A stretch of 64,000 nt of DNA. Origin: a virus (lineage: Duplodnaviria; Caudoviricetes). The stretch lies in the IMG/VR virus record IMGVR_UViG_3300033072_000181, positions 1 through 64,000 of that record; one strand, written 5' to 3'. The notes beneath the pieces were generated by a model. That model was given only the letters and a program-made list of their open reading frames with translations, was not told the DNA's origin and searched no databases. This document shows, in pieces, positions 7,537 to 18,122 of the stretch (within the stretch, counting starts at the first letter, position 1; each line of letters opens with the position of its first letter). Position numbers and translations under genes: made by a program.

Positions 7537-9238
7537 ATGACTAAACAAAAAATAATTGGCCCTGCATCAAAAAAACAAGAAATGTATATTAACAGTGACT
7601 ACGATATTGTAGTCTTTGGTGGTGGGGCTGGTAGCGGCAAGTCATATTTAGGTGCTATGGATTTTCTAAAATATACAGATGATCCAAAGTTTAGAGGGCT
7701 TGTAGTACGAAGATTAACACCACAAATTACAGGTGCTGGTGCTATTTTTGAAACCTTTGTAAATTTACATAGGGAAGTATATGATACTAAATTAAGATTA
7801 AAGAAACGGGATGGTGTTATCGAATATCCTTCAGGTTCTACAATCTCATTTAGACATTGCCAATATGAAGAAGATAAACACAGTTTTCAAGGCTCTCAAA
7901 TATCAGCAGCACTTTTAGATGAAGCACAACAATTAACTGAAACAATGGTTATCTATATTATGTCTCGACTTCGTACAGAGGCGAATATGAAACCTAAGAT
8001 GCGTATGACTTGTAACCCTGCCGGTAAAGGTCATTGGCTAACTAATTGGTTAGAGTGGTGGCTATTACCTAGCGGGCTACCCGATCCAGATAAGTGTGGT
8101 GTTCCTAGATACTTTACAATGCGCGATAATCAAATGATTTGGGGTGATACGCCAGAGGAAGTAAAGGAGCAAGTTCCGGGTTGTTTCCCGTTAAGTTTTA
8201 CATTTATTAATGCAAACGTAAATTTATAGCGTCCTGTAAGAGAAATCTTACTTGAATAACCTTGTTAATTCAGGGAAAGCCTTACTATTAAGTTAAAGGT
8301 AATCCTGAGCTTGATACAAATCAAGTGCAACGACTATCGAAACCACCTATAAAGGATAAGGGAGTAGAGTAGCTTCAAGTGAAGCGAAAAGCAAGGGGTC
8401 TGACTGGTGATGAACTAAAAGATCGTGATATAGTCTGGTCTTATATGAAAGTATAAGCAGCTTGTATAAGCGGGTATAGCTTAACGAACTATACTGAACA
8501 AAACGATACGATAATCCTGTTCTAATGAAACGTAATCCTGAATACGTTGCTTGGTTAGAAGCACAGGATAGAGAAACAAAAGAAGCCTTATTATACGGCA
8601 ACTGGTACGTAACAAAACAACATGAAGGATACTTTAAGCGTAAGTGGTGTCCTATTGTAGCTGATGCACCTTACACAGCACGCAGAGTAAGAGCATTCGA
8701 CTTAGCTGGTAGTATAGTAGATGAAATTAACCGTGATCCTGATTATACAGCTACAGTATTAGTATCAAAAACAAGAGATAGTAAGTATTGCATAGAACAT
8801 GCACACAGATTCAGAGAACGGTTCCATACTGTAGAAGAATATATCTTTGCTTTATCTGATTCTGAACCAGACGATATTACTTACGTTATCCCTGTAGATT
8901 CCGGTGCAGCAGGTAAGGCTTATGCCGCAGGATTACAACAAAAATTAGCTGAAAAAGGTAGGCATGTTAGATTACATCCTACAGGTAATAAAGGTAAATT
9001 AGTCAGATTTAGACCTTTAGCTTCAGTATGTGAATCTGGTGCTGTATCTGTGTTACACGCTCCTTGGAATGAATGGTTCTTTGATGAATTAGAGCAGTTT
9101 CAAGGTGACGGTAAGCAACATGATGATGCGTTAGATGCTGCTGTTTCTGCCTTCTGGTTCCTAAATCAAGGTGTTCAAATTCCAGACTTTACACTACCAG
9201 AATTAACACAGTTTAATACCTTTAGTACAATTCAATAA
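7537..9238 (+). CDS. terL: Terminase large subunit, spliced: join(7537..8219,8506..9238), 471 aa
   Basis: Walker A GGGAGSGKS, Walker B LLDEAQ, MTCNP, nuclease RAFDLA and HDDALDA; splicing restores FINANVYDNPVLMKRNP. Confidence 0.92.
8220..8505 (+). mobile_element. Group I intron (IA2-like, ORF-less, 286 nt) in terL
   Basis: 5' exon ends in U and pairs with IGS GCGT; P/Q/R/S motifs AATTCAGGGAA, AATCCTGAGC, TGCAACGACTA, GATATAGTCT; terminal G8505; reading frame restored. Confidence 0.92.
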
Positions 9239-9249
9239 CAAGGATAAAT

Positions 9250-11744
9250 ATGGAAAATACTGCAAATACAGCATTTGCTACAACTGAGCAGAATACAGAG
9301 ATTGTTAAAGCAGCGTCAGCTTTAAATAATCCCTTAAATACTCCTGATGCTTTTCGTTTAAGTGAAATGGGAGCTAGTGGATTCCCTGTATTTGCAGGAG
9401 TTCCACAAGAAGAATTACGAACTGATTTAAACTTTCCGCAGAGTATTACTACTTTTAAGGAAATGCAATTACATTCTGCCGTAGCTGCATCCTTAAAGTT
9501 ACCGGAGCTACTTATATCTAAAGCTGAATATAAGATCAAGCCTCCGAATAATCCAAGTAAAAAAGAGTTAAAGCAAGCTGAAATTATTACATCAATGCTT
9601 GACGATTTTCGTGATGGTTCATTTGAAGAATTTTTAATTAGTGTAACTTCTGCTTTAACTTACGGTTTCTGTATTTCAGAAAAAGTATTCTATAGAAGAA
9701 CAAAAGCTAATGGTAGTAAATATGATGATAACCTAATTGGTATTAAGAAATTAGCTTACAGAAATCAAACTACAATTCAACGATTCTTATTTAGCGATGA
9801 TGGTAATGAACTAATAGGTTGTGTTCAAAATTTATCCGGGCATAGTGATTATTTCAGTAGATTAAACAAAAAGGGTAATATTATTAATTTACCTAGAAAT
9901 AAGTTTTTGCTATTTCGAGCAGGACAACATAACGGTAATCCATTAGGTAAATCTCCTTTAATCAATGCTTATACCGCTTGGCGTTTCCTAACTGAGCTAG
10001 AGAAGATTGAAGCGATGGGTGTATCTAAGGATTTAAATGGTCTTCCCGTTAGATATAGCGGCTTTAATAAGTAATTATTATCGAAAAACTCATTTAATTC
10101 AGGGAAACCCCTAACGTAAAGACGAGGGCAATCCTGAGCTAAGACACAATCATGTACATCCGAATTCAGTAGGAGGTAACATGATAGAAATAAAGAAAAT
10201 TGAAGGTACAAAATATAGTATTTCATCTGATGGAATTTTAATTGGACCAAAAAGTGTTGTAAAGCCAAATATTAAAAGTACAGGTTATTGTGAGGTTTGT
10301 ATATACTCCGGTAAAACTAGAAAATATTGGAGGTTACATCGTCTTGTTGCAACAATTTTTATTCCAAATCCAGAGAATAAACCATTTGTAAATCATATTG
10401 ATGGAAACAAGTTAAATAACGCTGTAAACAATTTAGAGTGGGTTACTCATCAAGAGAATATGAACCACGCTAAAGAAACAGGACTTGTTCTTAGTTTAGA
10501 AAATAATCCTAGAGCCACTTTTAATAACGAACAAATACATGAAGTTTGTAGGTTACTAGAGCAGGGTTATAGGAATTGTGATTTAGCAGATATTTTCGGA
10601 GTTGAAAAACACATTATTAGTTCAATAAGGTACGGTCTTACTTTTTCAGGTATATCTAAAAATTATAAAATACCAAAAAGAAGTTTAACGCACAGTGCTG
10701 AAACTATTGAATGGTTATGTGAAAGAATAGAGGAAGGTCTTACCCAAGGTGAGATACTGAAACTTACAACAAATCCAAAAATAAATAAATGGTTAATTCA
10801 AGATTTACGACAAAAACGAGCTTATACTGATATTTGCAACAAGTATAATTTCTAAATAATTTGTACATGATTGTGTAAAGTGCAACGACTATCCCGGAAG
10901 GGAGTAGGGTCAAGTGACCCGAAATGGTGAGGTTCCTTAGTGGAACGTGATATAGTCTGATCTTAGTGGAAACATTAAGCAGCTTGAATAAAGCGGGTAT
11001 AGCTTAACGAACTATACTGAACAACAATGATTATCTATCCCAGCACAGTATATGTCGTCTGAAGCTACACCGGCACAAAAAGAAATTTATAATTATTACA
11101 TGCGTGTATTAAATAACATGCAAGCTGGTGTTCAGGCAGGTATGATCCTACCTAGTGCTACTGATCCTGAAACTAGACAGCCGCTATTTAAGCTAGATTT
11201 ATTATCTGCTGATGGTAAGAAGAATTTTAATACTACTGATATCAAAAAGTATTACCGTGATGCTATTCACATTGCTTTATTTGCTGATTTACTAATCTTA
11301 GGTACAAGCAATACAGGAAGTTATAATCTAGCTAGTACTAAACAAACATTAATGGGAGCTTTCGTTGAACAATTCCTAACTATGGTCAAGAATGTAATCA
11401 ATAAAGAATTAATTGAACACATCTATGATCTAAATTCTTGGGATAAATCTAGAGCTTGTAAATTAGATTTTGATAGTTCAGCAGAAATCAGTCTAGAAGA
11501 ATTAAGTAAGTATGTACAGCGTAGTGCTAGTGTTGGCTTCTTAACTAAAGACCTAGACACTATCAATATCATTCGTAGTGCTATGGGTGTTGATCCATTA
11601 ACTGATGAGGATAACTGGCAAGAACTACTTAGTGATAATACCTCTAGAGCATCTGATGGTATGGCTAAGGGAAGCGGTAATGGTACTAGTGATTCTGTAG
11701 CTGGAACTGATAACTCAAGTTCTAATCTAGATAATAACGCATAA
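9250..11744 (+). CDS. Portal protein, spliced: join(9250..10049,11030..11744), 504 aa
   Basis: Position after terL; ALTYGFCISEKV, NPLGKSPLINAY..W; splicing gives SKDLNGLPVLSIPAQYMSS. Confidence 0.88.
10050..11029 (+). mobile_element. Group I intron (IA2-like, 980 nt) in the portal gene, with HNH ORF in the P6a loop
   Basis: P1 CCGU/GCGG, 6-bp P10 TAGATA/TATCTA, P/Q/R/S motifs, stem ACACAATCATGTACA/TGTACATGATTGTGT flanking the ORF, terminal G11029. Confidence 0.92.
10181..10855 (+). CDS. Intron-encoded HNH homing endonuclease
   Basis: LHRLVATIFIPNPENKPFVNHIDGNKLNN...NLEWVT..EN..HA plus C-terminal HTH-like repeats; AGGAGG SD. Confidence 0.92.
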   Translation: MIEIKKIEGTKYSISSDGILIGPKSVVKPNIKSTGYCEVCIYSGKTRKYWRLHRLVATIFIPNPENKPFVNHIDGNKLNNAVNNLEWVTHQENMNHAKETGLVLSLENNPRATFNNEQIHEVCRLLEQGYRNCDLADIFGVEKHIISSIRYGLTFSGISKNYKIPKRSLTHSAETIEWLCERIEEGLTQGEILKLTTNPKINKWLIQDLRQKRAYTDICNKYNF

Positions 11745-11805
11745 CGCATGATATTATAGCGTAACATAAATAGAGGGTTAGTTTAGATACTGATCCTCTA
11801 ACTAA

Positions 11806-13008
11806 TTGGAAAAATATATGGCTCAATTAACTCTAGACAATGGTTCTTCATTTGGTGTTCAGCGTCAGAAAATCAACGATAATTTTGCAGAATTATATAC
11901 AGCGGTAAATGCCAGTATCAATACTAATACTGAACAAACATTAGGTAATAAGACATTAACAAATACAGGTGCTATTACATTTGATACTACACCTGCTGAT
12001 ACTACATTAGTTGCAGGTAAAACGGTATGGAATGATACAGATGGAACCGTAGACTTAGGATTAAAAGGTGCTACCGTAGCCTTACAGTTAGGTCAGACGC
12101 AAGTTCTAAGAGTAACTAATAAAGCAGGAAGTACTTTAGCGATTGGTGAAGTAGTATATATTAAAGGTTCTGTTGGTTCCAGATTAACCGTTGATCGTGC
12201 TGATGCTGATACAGAAGCGTTATCAAGTAACACCATAGGTATCGTAGCTGAAAGTATTTTAAATAATTCAGATGGCTTTATTATCACTAGCGGTATTCTA
12301 AAAGGTTTAAACACTTCTTCTTTTACCGAAGGTGCTGCTATTTATTTAAGTAGTACAACTGGTGCTTTTACTACAACTAAGCCTGTAGCTCCTGCACACG
12401 CTGTTTTCTTAGGTTTTGTAGTAAGATCACACGTTACTCTTGGCAGCATCTATATCAACGTAATTAACGGCAATGAACTTGACGAATTACATAATGTATT
12501 AATTACAAATGTACAAGATAAACAAGTATTAGCTTACGATTCCAATAGTTCAGTTTGGAAGAATGTAAGTAATCTAACATTATCTGATTTAGTAGTTAAT
12601 CATCCAACAGCTACACCGTCTGGTACAAATTTTATCGGATTAACATATAACGGTTCTATTATCGGTAGTATCAGCCAGTCTAATACCAATGCTGTACTAT
12701 TTAATACAACATCCGATTATAGACTAAAACATGTAATTGGTAGTATTACTGATTCTGGTAATTTTATTGATTCACTAAAACCTAAAGTTTGGCTGTGGAA
12801 AAGTAACGGTCAATTAGATAGCGGCTTTATAGCACATGAAGCACAAGAAGTAGCAAAGAATTCCGTAACAGGGACAAAGGATGCTGTTGATTCTAACGGT
12901 AATCCAATTTATCAAACTATGCAAGCATCTTCACCTGAAATCATAGCAAATATTGTAGCAGAATTACAATCACTAAGACTAAGGGTAAAAGAACTTGAAA
13001 CTAAATAA
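11806..13008 (+). CDS. Fibre protein with C-terminal intramolecular chaperone (peptidase S74-like); likely start 11818
   Basis: SDYRLK...IDSLKP..W....GFIAHE.QEV chaperone motif and terminal coiled coil; N-terminal R.KINDNFAELY anchor-like motif. Confidence 0.75.
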   Translation: MEKYMAQLTLDNGSSFGVQRQKINDNFAELYTAVNASINTNTEQTLGNKTLTNTGAITFDTTPADTTLVAGKTVWNDTDGTVDLGLKGATVALQLGQTQVLRVTNKAGSTLAIGEVVYIKGSVGSRLTVDRADADTEALSSNTIGIVAESILNNSDGFIITSGILKGLNTSSFTEGAAIYLSSTTGAFTTTKPVAPAHAVFLGFVVRSHVTLGSIYINVINGNELDELHNVLITNVQDKQVLAYDSNSSVWKNVSNLTLSDLVVNHPTATPSGTNFIGLTYNGSIIGSISQSNTNAVLFNTTSDYRLKHVIGSITDSGNFIDSLKPKVWLWKSNGQLDSGFIAHEAQEVAKNSVTGTKDAVDSNGNPIYQTMQASSPEIIANIVAELQSLRLRVKELETK

Positions 13009-13017
13009 GGAGCAATT

Positions 13018-13179
13018 ATGCAAAATCAAGCAATCGTTTTAAATCTAACTCTAGAGACTGTACAGTTAATTTTAGCAGGTCTTAATCAGCTACCACATGG
13101 TCAAGTATCTGAACTGTTTGCTGACATTAAAAATCAAACAGTAATGCAGCTAGCCAAAACAGAAGAAAAGCCTGAATGA
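13018..13179 (+). CDS. Small helical protein following the fibre gene (53 aa, not in track)
   Basis: Hand translation MQNQAIVLNLTLETVQLILAGLNQLPHGQVSELFADIKNQ...; AAGGAG SD. Confidence 0.7.
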   Translation: MQNQAIVLNLTLETVQLILAGLNQLPHGQVSELFADIKNQTVMQLAKTEEKPE

Positions 13180-13451
13180 TTACATACTTAGCTATTGTAT
13201 TAGTTATACTGCAAATACTTGACGCTTTGACTACAATTAAAGTTATCAAACAACATAATGGTACTGAAGCTAATAAAGTACTTGCATATATTTTTGATAA
13301 GATTGGTTTAATTTCTGGTTTAATCTTAATTAAAGGTATTACTATTTATTGTATTTATCTTTTATTTGTAACTAATCAACTTATTGTACTAATCGTTCTT
13401 TTTGCACTATACGCTTGGGTTGTTTATCACAACTATAAACAAATGAAATAA
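13176..13451 (+). CDS. Small membrane protein (DUF5658-like)
   Basis: Three hydrophobic segments; LD..TT......G.EAN motif. Confidence 0.6.
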   Translation: MITYLAIVLVILQILDALTTIKVIKQHNGTEANKVLAYIFDKIGLISGLILIKGITIYCIYLLFVTNQLIVLIVLFALYAWVVYHNYKQMK

Positions 13452-13511
13452 CAGGAATAGGAATAAGGTAATATTAGGAAACTAGCATTACTTTATTTCT
13501 ATCTTTTTGTA

Positions 13512-13520
13512 TGTTATAAT
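13512..13520 (+). promoter_or_regulatory. Extended -10 promoter
   Basis: TGtTATAAT upstream of ORF 13557. Confidence 0.55.
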
Positions 13521-13556
13521 ACCAAGTCGAATACATCAGCTTACAGGAAATGGATT

Positions 13557-13901
13557 ATGCAAGAATTTACTGCTGATGCAGGTACATTAGCTACTGGTTT
13601 AATTGGTGGTTTATTCTTACTTGGGGCATTGCTATCTAAGTTTAGAACCATTTGGACTAGAGACAGTGCTGATGTAGCTGTAAATAATGCACAAGTTGTA
13701 GTTGTTGAAATGCTCAGGGATGAAAATAAACGACTACACGAACAAGTACAACAATTACAACAAGAGGTAGCTAAACTTCAAATGATCGTTAGTAATCTAA
13801 CAACAAAACTCACACAATTTGAAATAACTAAAGATCAACAATCACAGTTAGATCAATTAGCGCGAGAAGGCAAGTTAGATCGTAGGATTAAAAGAAATTA
13901 A
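13557..13901 (+). CDS. Membrane-anchored coiled-coil protein (holin- or spanin-like, uncertain)
   Basis: One N-terminal TM segment followed by a heptad-rich region. Confidence 0.5.
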   Translation: MQEFTADAGTLATGLIGGLFLLGALLSKFRTIWTRDSADVAVNNAQVVVVEMLRDENKRLHEQVQQLQQEVAKLQMIVSNLTTKLTQFEITKDQQSQLDQLAREGKLDRRIKRN

Positions 13902-13911
13902 AGGATAAAAT

Positions 13912-16437
13912 ATGTCAATATTAGAAGGTTTAAAAGAAGGTACTACTGGTACTCTTTTACCTATTCAGGTAGATGAGCAAGGAAGGCTCGTACTAGGTAA
14001 TGCTGGTGTTGTAAATCAAGCTATTCCTGATACAGAAGATGCTGTAGCTTTAGCTGCACAGTGGGAAAACTTCACTGGTGTAGATTTTGCTAACGGTGAT
14101 TTTGTAACATCTGTTCCCGGCTTAAATGGTCAAGCAATTACTGTATTATCGGGTTCTCCATTAGCTCCCGGTGAATCATACGTTACAAATAAAAACTTAG
14201 CTGTATATCAACCGTGTTCGATGGAATTTGCGGGTAGCTTTGTTCGTACTGGTATTAGCTTTGCTACTGCTAGTCTATTTGCTAATTCTGCTAGTGGCCC
14301 TGATCCGGTTCCATCAGCAATTAATATTACAAACATTTCACAATCAAGTGCTGTACTTGGTGCAACTTATAATGCAACAGCAGGTACTGTTGTACGTATT
14401 GATCTAGAAACTGCATTACCCTCTGTAGGTACTAATTCTGCTGTGTATGTTGGTGATTGGATCAATATTACTGGCGTAGTTGATAACCGTTTAAATTATC
14501 CTAATGCTTGTATTAACTACATTAGTCCTGATCGTAAGGTAATTTGTGTAGGTTTCAGTGATGAAGCTGCACTACCATCTTTAGCTATTCCTAACATTAC
14601 ACCTACTCTTGGTACAGCTAAGGTTAATTTTTATAACAATATGTCCGGTGCTAGAAATGGTATTGGATTAAGATTTACTGGTACTACTAGTACATCAGCC
14701 GCTATTGTTAGTATCTTCGGTGGTGATGATAATCAAGTATCTGGTACATTACTAGGTGACCATAGAGTAAGTATTTCTAGTAGTGCTGTAAACTATGTAC
14801 TTGGTGCTAGTGCTGCTTGGGGTCAGTACGAGCTACGTCCATCTAGCCGTTACTTAATCGACTGTTATCCGCACGCTTCTGTTGTTCTAGATAAAGCTGA
14901 ACAGACTCAGACTCAATGGACACCAAGAGACACACCACGTACTTCTGTTAAACCTAGTACTGAATCTGCTTTATATCCTCGTTTCCGTCTATATAAACCT
15001 GTTTCAATGTCTCGACCTGTTGCTAAGATTGTTAAGGCTGAGAAATTAACAGCAAGTACAACTGCTACTATTTATACAGATGTTCCTCATGGACTAACTA
15101 CTGGTAATTACGTAACAATCAAGGGTGTTAGAGATTATGCTACTAACTTCCCAATGTTATCTACACCTACGGCTGTAACTGTAGTTAATGATACTACCTT
15201 TACTGTATCGTTTGGTGCTGCTGCTATTGCTACTAGTTATGGCGGTTCTGTTATCATTGCTAACGGTGGTAAAGATCAACCAGGTATTATTACACAGACT
15301 ATCCAATCAGTACAATCAAGAGTAGCTGCTGATACAAACTGGTTAGATGTTGTTGGTTCTGCTTCTTGGTCTGGTGTTAATCCGGGCGACTACATCAATC
15401 TACACGGTGTTCGTGAATCTGTAGCTGGTGCCGATGTTGGTGTTGATGGTGTATGGGAAGTTGCACATATCAGTACTACAACTATGGTTCTAAAACCTGT
15501 ATTTGATATTGCTAATAATAGAGTTTCACCTGCGCTTGGTACATTAGGTTTAACAAACTGTGGTGGCGCTGTAATTCTTCGTCCTACCCTACGCTCACAC
15601 GATCTTTCTGTATCTAGTCTCACTGATAATATTACAGGTATTCGTGGTCAAGGTACTACTCGTTCTGATCTTGCTGTACCTACTTATTCTGCTGGTGGGT
15701 CTGTTTTAGCTGTACAAAGTACTGCTGCTAGTTTATCAACAACAACTGGTTTAGGTGGTTGGTATGTTCATCCAGCTATTACTGGTATTGCTGATATTGC
15801 ATCTGCCGCTTTAACTTCGACCAGTACAGGTACAGCTATTTCTAATAACTTAGGTAATGGTTTCCAAGTAACGATTCCTGTAACTGCTGTAAGTGGTACT
15901 ACACCTACACTTGACGTAAGAATTGAAGAATCATTTGATGGCGGTACGAACTGGGTAACATTGTATGAGTTCCAGCGTATTACAGCAACAGGTTCTTATA
16001 ACAGTCCCATTCTACGTGCTAGTGGCAGACACATCAGATATATTCGTACAGTAGCAGGGACTACGCCAAGTTTTACACACGCTGTTACAAGAAATATCTT
16101 ACCGTTTTTACCGAGCGAACCGCAAAAGCGTATTGTTGATCGTACCGTAGTACCTAATACATTAAACAGTGTAACACCTGTTTTATTCCAAGGTGCTGCT
16201 AACAATGTACAGCTAGTTGTAAATATGGGAGCTATTACTACTACAGCCCCGGCTTTCCAAGTAGAAGGTTCTGAAGATGCTATCAACTGGTACGCTATTG
16301 GTACTCCTTTAACAGCAGTAGCCAGTAGTACTGTTGAAGCTACTATTAATAAATCAGCAACGTATGTTAGAGCTAGAGTTAGTACAGCGGGTTCTGGTGC
16401 TACATTAGGTTATGTTGCATTAAAGGCTTGGAGTTAA
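13912..16437 (+). CDS. Large beta-rich virion-like protein (841 aa), function unknown
   Basis: Thr/Ser/Val/Gly-rich; repeated modules such as HGLTTGNYVTIKGV and GDWINITGV/GDYINLHGV. Confidence 0.6.
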   Translation: MSILEGLKEGTTGTLLPIQVDEQGRLVLGNAGVVNQAIPDTEDAVALAAQWENFTGVDFANGDFVTSVPGLNGQAITVLSGSPLAPGESYVTNKNLAVYQPCSMEFAGSFVRTGISFATASLFANSASGPDPVPSAINITNISQSSAVLGATYNATAGTVVRIDLETALPSVGTNSAVYVGDWINITGVVDNRLNYPNACINYISPDRKVICVGFSDEAALPSLAIPNITPTLGTAKVNFYNNMSGARNGIGLRFTGTTSTSAAIVSIFGGDDNQVSGTLLGDHRVSISSSAVNYVLGASAAWGQYELRPSSRYLIDCYPHASVVLDKAEQTQTQWTPRDTPRTSVKPSTESALYPRFRLYKPVSMSRPVAKIVKAEKLTASTTATIYTDVPHGLTTGNYVTIKGVRDYATNFPMLSTPTAVTVVNDTTFTVSFGAAAIATSYGGSVIIANGGKDQPGIITQTIQSVQSRVAADTNWLDVVGSASWSGVNPGDYINLHGVRESVAGADVGVDGVWEVAHISTTTMVLKPVFDIANNRVSPALGTLGLTNCGGAVILRPTLRSHDLSVSSLTDNITGIRGQGTTRSDLAVPTYSAGGSVLAVQSTAASLSTTTGLGGWYVHPAITGIADIASAALTSTSTGTAISNNLGNGFQVTIPVTAVSGTTPTLDVRIEESFDGGTNWVTLYEFQRITATGSYNSPILRASGRHIRYIRTVAGTTPSFTHAVTRNILPFLPSEPQKRIVDRTVVPNTLNSVTPVLFQGAANNVQLVVNMGAITTTAPAFQVEGSEDAINWYAIGTPLTAVASSTVEATINKSATYVRARVSTAGSGATLGYVALKAWS

Positions 16438-16438
16438 T

Positions 16439-16567
16439 ATGTTATTAAAAACTGGTGAATGTTTCTTCCGTGATGAAAATGGTAACTTATTTGTAGCTGA
16501 GTCTTTTATTGATTCTAAAGGTGTTGTTACAACAGAAGTTACCCCTGTTTTAGAAGAAGTAGCTTAA
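16439..16567 (+). CDS. 42-aa hypothetical protein (not in track)
   Basis: Hand translation MLLKTGECFFRDENGNLFVAESFIDSKGVVTTEVTPVLEEVA; GGAG SD. Confidence 0.55.
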   Translation: MLLKTGECFFRDENGNLFVAESFIDSKGVVTTEVTPVLEEVA

Positions 16568-16622
16568 TTTATTATTTAATGGTTACTCGTTATTAATTTA
16601 GCGGGTAACTATTAATATTACT

Positions 16623-16650
16623 TTGCTATTTTAAATCTATATGTTATAAT
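16623..16650 (+). promoter_or_regulatory. Promoter of the head operon
   Basis: TTGCTA-N16-TATAAT with extended TG. Confidence 0.7.
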
Positions 16651-16674
16651 AGTAACAAATTACACAGAGGTAAT

Positions 16675-17058
16675 ATGAAAACTTTACAAATTCGTAAATC
16701 TCTGAATGAAGAATTAATGCAAGCTACCTTTGTAGTAATGGTTCCAGATGAACCTGACGTACATGGCGATATTACATCACTTGAAGAAGTACGCAAGGCT
16801 TGTTTTAATTATAATAAATTTTGCATGAAAGCTAATCTATTTCATATAACACAAACAGATACATTTGAGATTGCAGAAAGTTATATAGCGCCTGTTGATT
16901 TCGTGTTAAATGAGCGCGTGGTAAAAGCTGGTACATGGCTTACTACTATTCAATGCAAAGATTCAGATTTATGGGAACTGATTAAATCAGGAGATATTAA
17001 TGGAGTATCTATTGGTGCTTTAGCTACAGTAGAAACATTAGAAGAGGATGATGAATGA
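16675..17058 (+). CDS. XkdF-like prohead protease
   Basis: VVMVPDEPDVHGD, NLFH, ESYIAP, GTW, IKSGDINGVSIG. Confidence 0.8.
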   Translation: MKTLQIRKSLNEELMQATFVVMVPDEPDVHGDITSLEEVRKACFNYNKFCMKANLFHITQTDTFEIAESYIAPVDFVLNERVVKAGTWLTTIQCKDSDLWELIKSGDINGVSIGALATVETLEEDDE

Positions 17059-18101
17059 CACAACAAGTTAAAACTCGCAAAGCGAAACGTAACCTAAAAG
17101 ATATTAATTTTGAAGGCGATAAGTCGCATATTGCTTTAGTTACTGCTGAAGGTAACGGTGGCCCTGCTAACGGAGAACCAGACGCTTTAATTCTTAAGGC
17201 TAATCGTTCAGAAGAGTTTCTACAGAAAGCTAGCCAAGTTTCCGTAACCTTAGAAATTACTGAGTATCTACGTAGATTCTATGGTCTTTGGTATGATGAT
17301 GCTGAAGTCCTAGCTAGAGCATTAGGTTTTACTACTGCTCAAATGGATGAAGAAGCTGCTGATGCTATCGAAGAAGCTGCCGTAGCTGCTGCTGGTATTA
17401 CTGAAGATGATTGCTGCGATTATCAGTCTTGGATTGAACAACGAGTACAGAGTATTTCTATTATGAAATCTGTATTTGAAGCTGATAATAAGATTGAAGC
17501 TCTAGCTAATCTAACAGAAGAACAGTATTTAAGTCTATTACAAGATCAAGAAATTGTAGAAAAAGCAGTACTTGATATTGAAAAAGGATGTGGTAAGAAA
17601 CCTAATCCTAAAGCAGAATCAGATGATGTAGCTAGTGCTACAGATTCAGATACCTCAACAATCGTCGACGTTGAGAAATCAGTTGAGGCTTCTGCCTCTG
17701 TTAATACTGTAGTTACTAAGCCGGAAGAACAGGTTGAAGTAATTAAAGCTAAATTTGAAGTTATCGAAAAGGCATTTAACGAACAAAAAGTGCAATTAGA
17801 AAAAGCACAAAAGGTTATTGCTGAATACGAAGCTGCACAAAAAGCTGCAATTATTAAATCTCGTAAAGCTGCACTCTTTAACGCTGTTAAGGATAATGAA
17901 CGTACTGAAGTCTTATTTAAAGCGGTTGGTCTAATCGAAGATCAAGCTACCTTTGATGAAGTCGTTAAGTCATTAGCTGAAATGCAAGCTGTTGTTGATA
18001 GTTCTGATCTATTTATTGAAAAAGGTGCAGAACTAGAAGAAGAACAACCTAAAGTTAAAACTGCGGCTGAAATTCTAAAAGCTCGTCTAACAAATAAGTA
18101 A
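17055..18101 (+). CDS. Capsid scaffolding protein
   Basis: Between protease and decoration/MCP genes; acidic coiled coil; SHIALV...GGPANG N-terminus. Confidence 0.7.
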   Translation: MTQQVKTRKAKRNLKDINFEGDKSHIALVTAEGNGGPANGEPDALILKANRSEEFLQKASQVSVTLEITEYLRRFYGLWYDDAEVLARALGFTTAQMDEEAADAIEEAAVAAAGITEDDCCDYQSWIEQRVQSISIMKSVFEADNKIEALANLTEEQYLSLLQDQEIVEKAVLDIEKGCGKKPNPKAESDDVASATDSDTSTIVDVEKSVEASASVNTVVTKPEEQVEVIKAKFEVIEKAFNEQKVQLEKAQKVIAEYEAAQKAAIIKSRKAALFNAVKDNERTEVLFKAVGLIEDQATFDEVVKSLAEMQAVVDSSDLFIEKGAELEEEQPKVKTAAEILKARLTNK

Positions 18102-18122
18102 TTTTAATAAAGGAAATATACA

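Noticed and set aside
8347-8601. Antisense ORF over the terL intron
   Set aside because: Shadow of the intron core, no recognisable product.
7537-11744. terL and portal as split genes or pseudogenes
   Set aside because: Group I intron motifs and exact frame restoration explain the breaks.
11771-11800. Hairpin after the portal gene as a plus-strand terminator
   Set aside because: The stem TAGAGG/CCTCTA is real, but there is no downstream U tract on the plus strand; function unclear.
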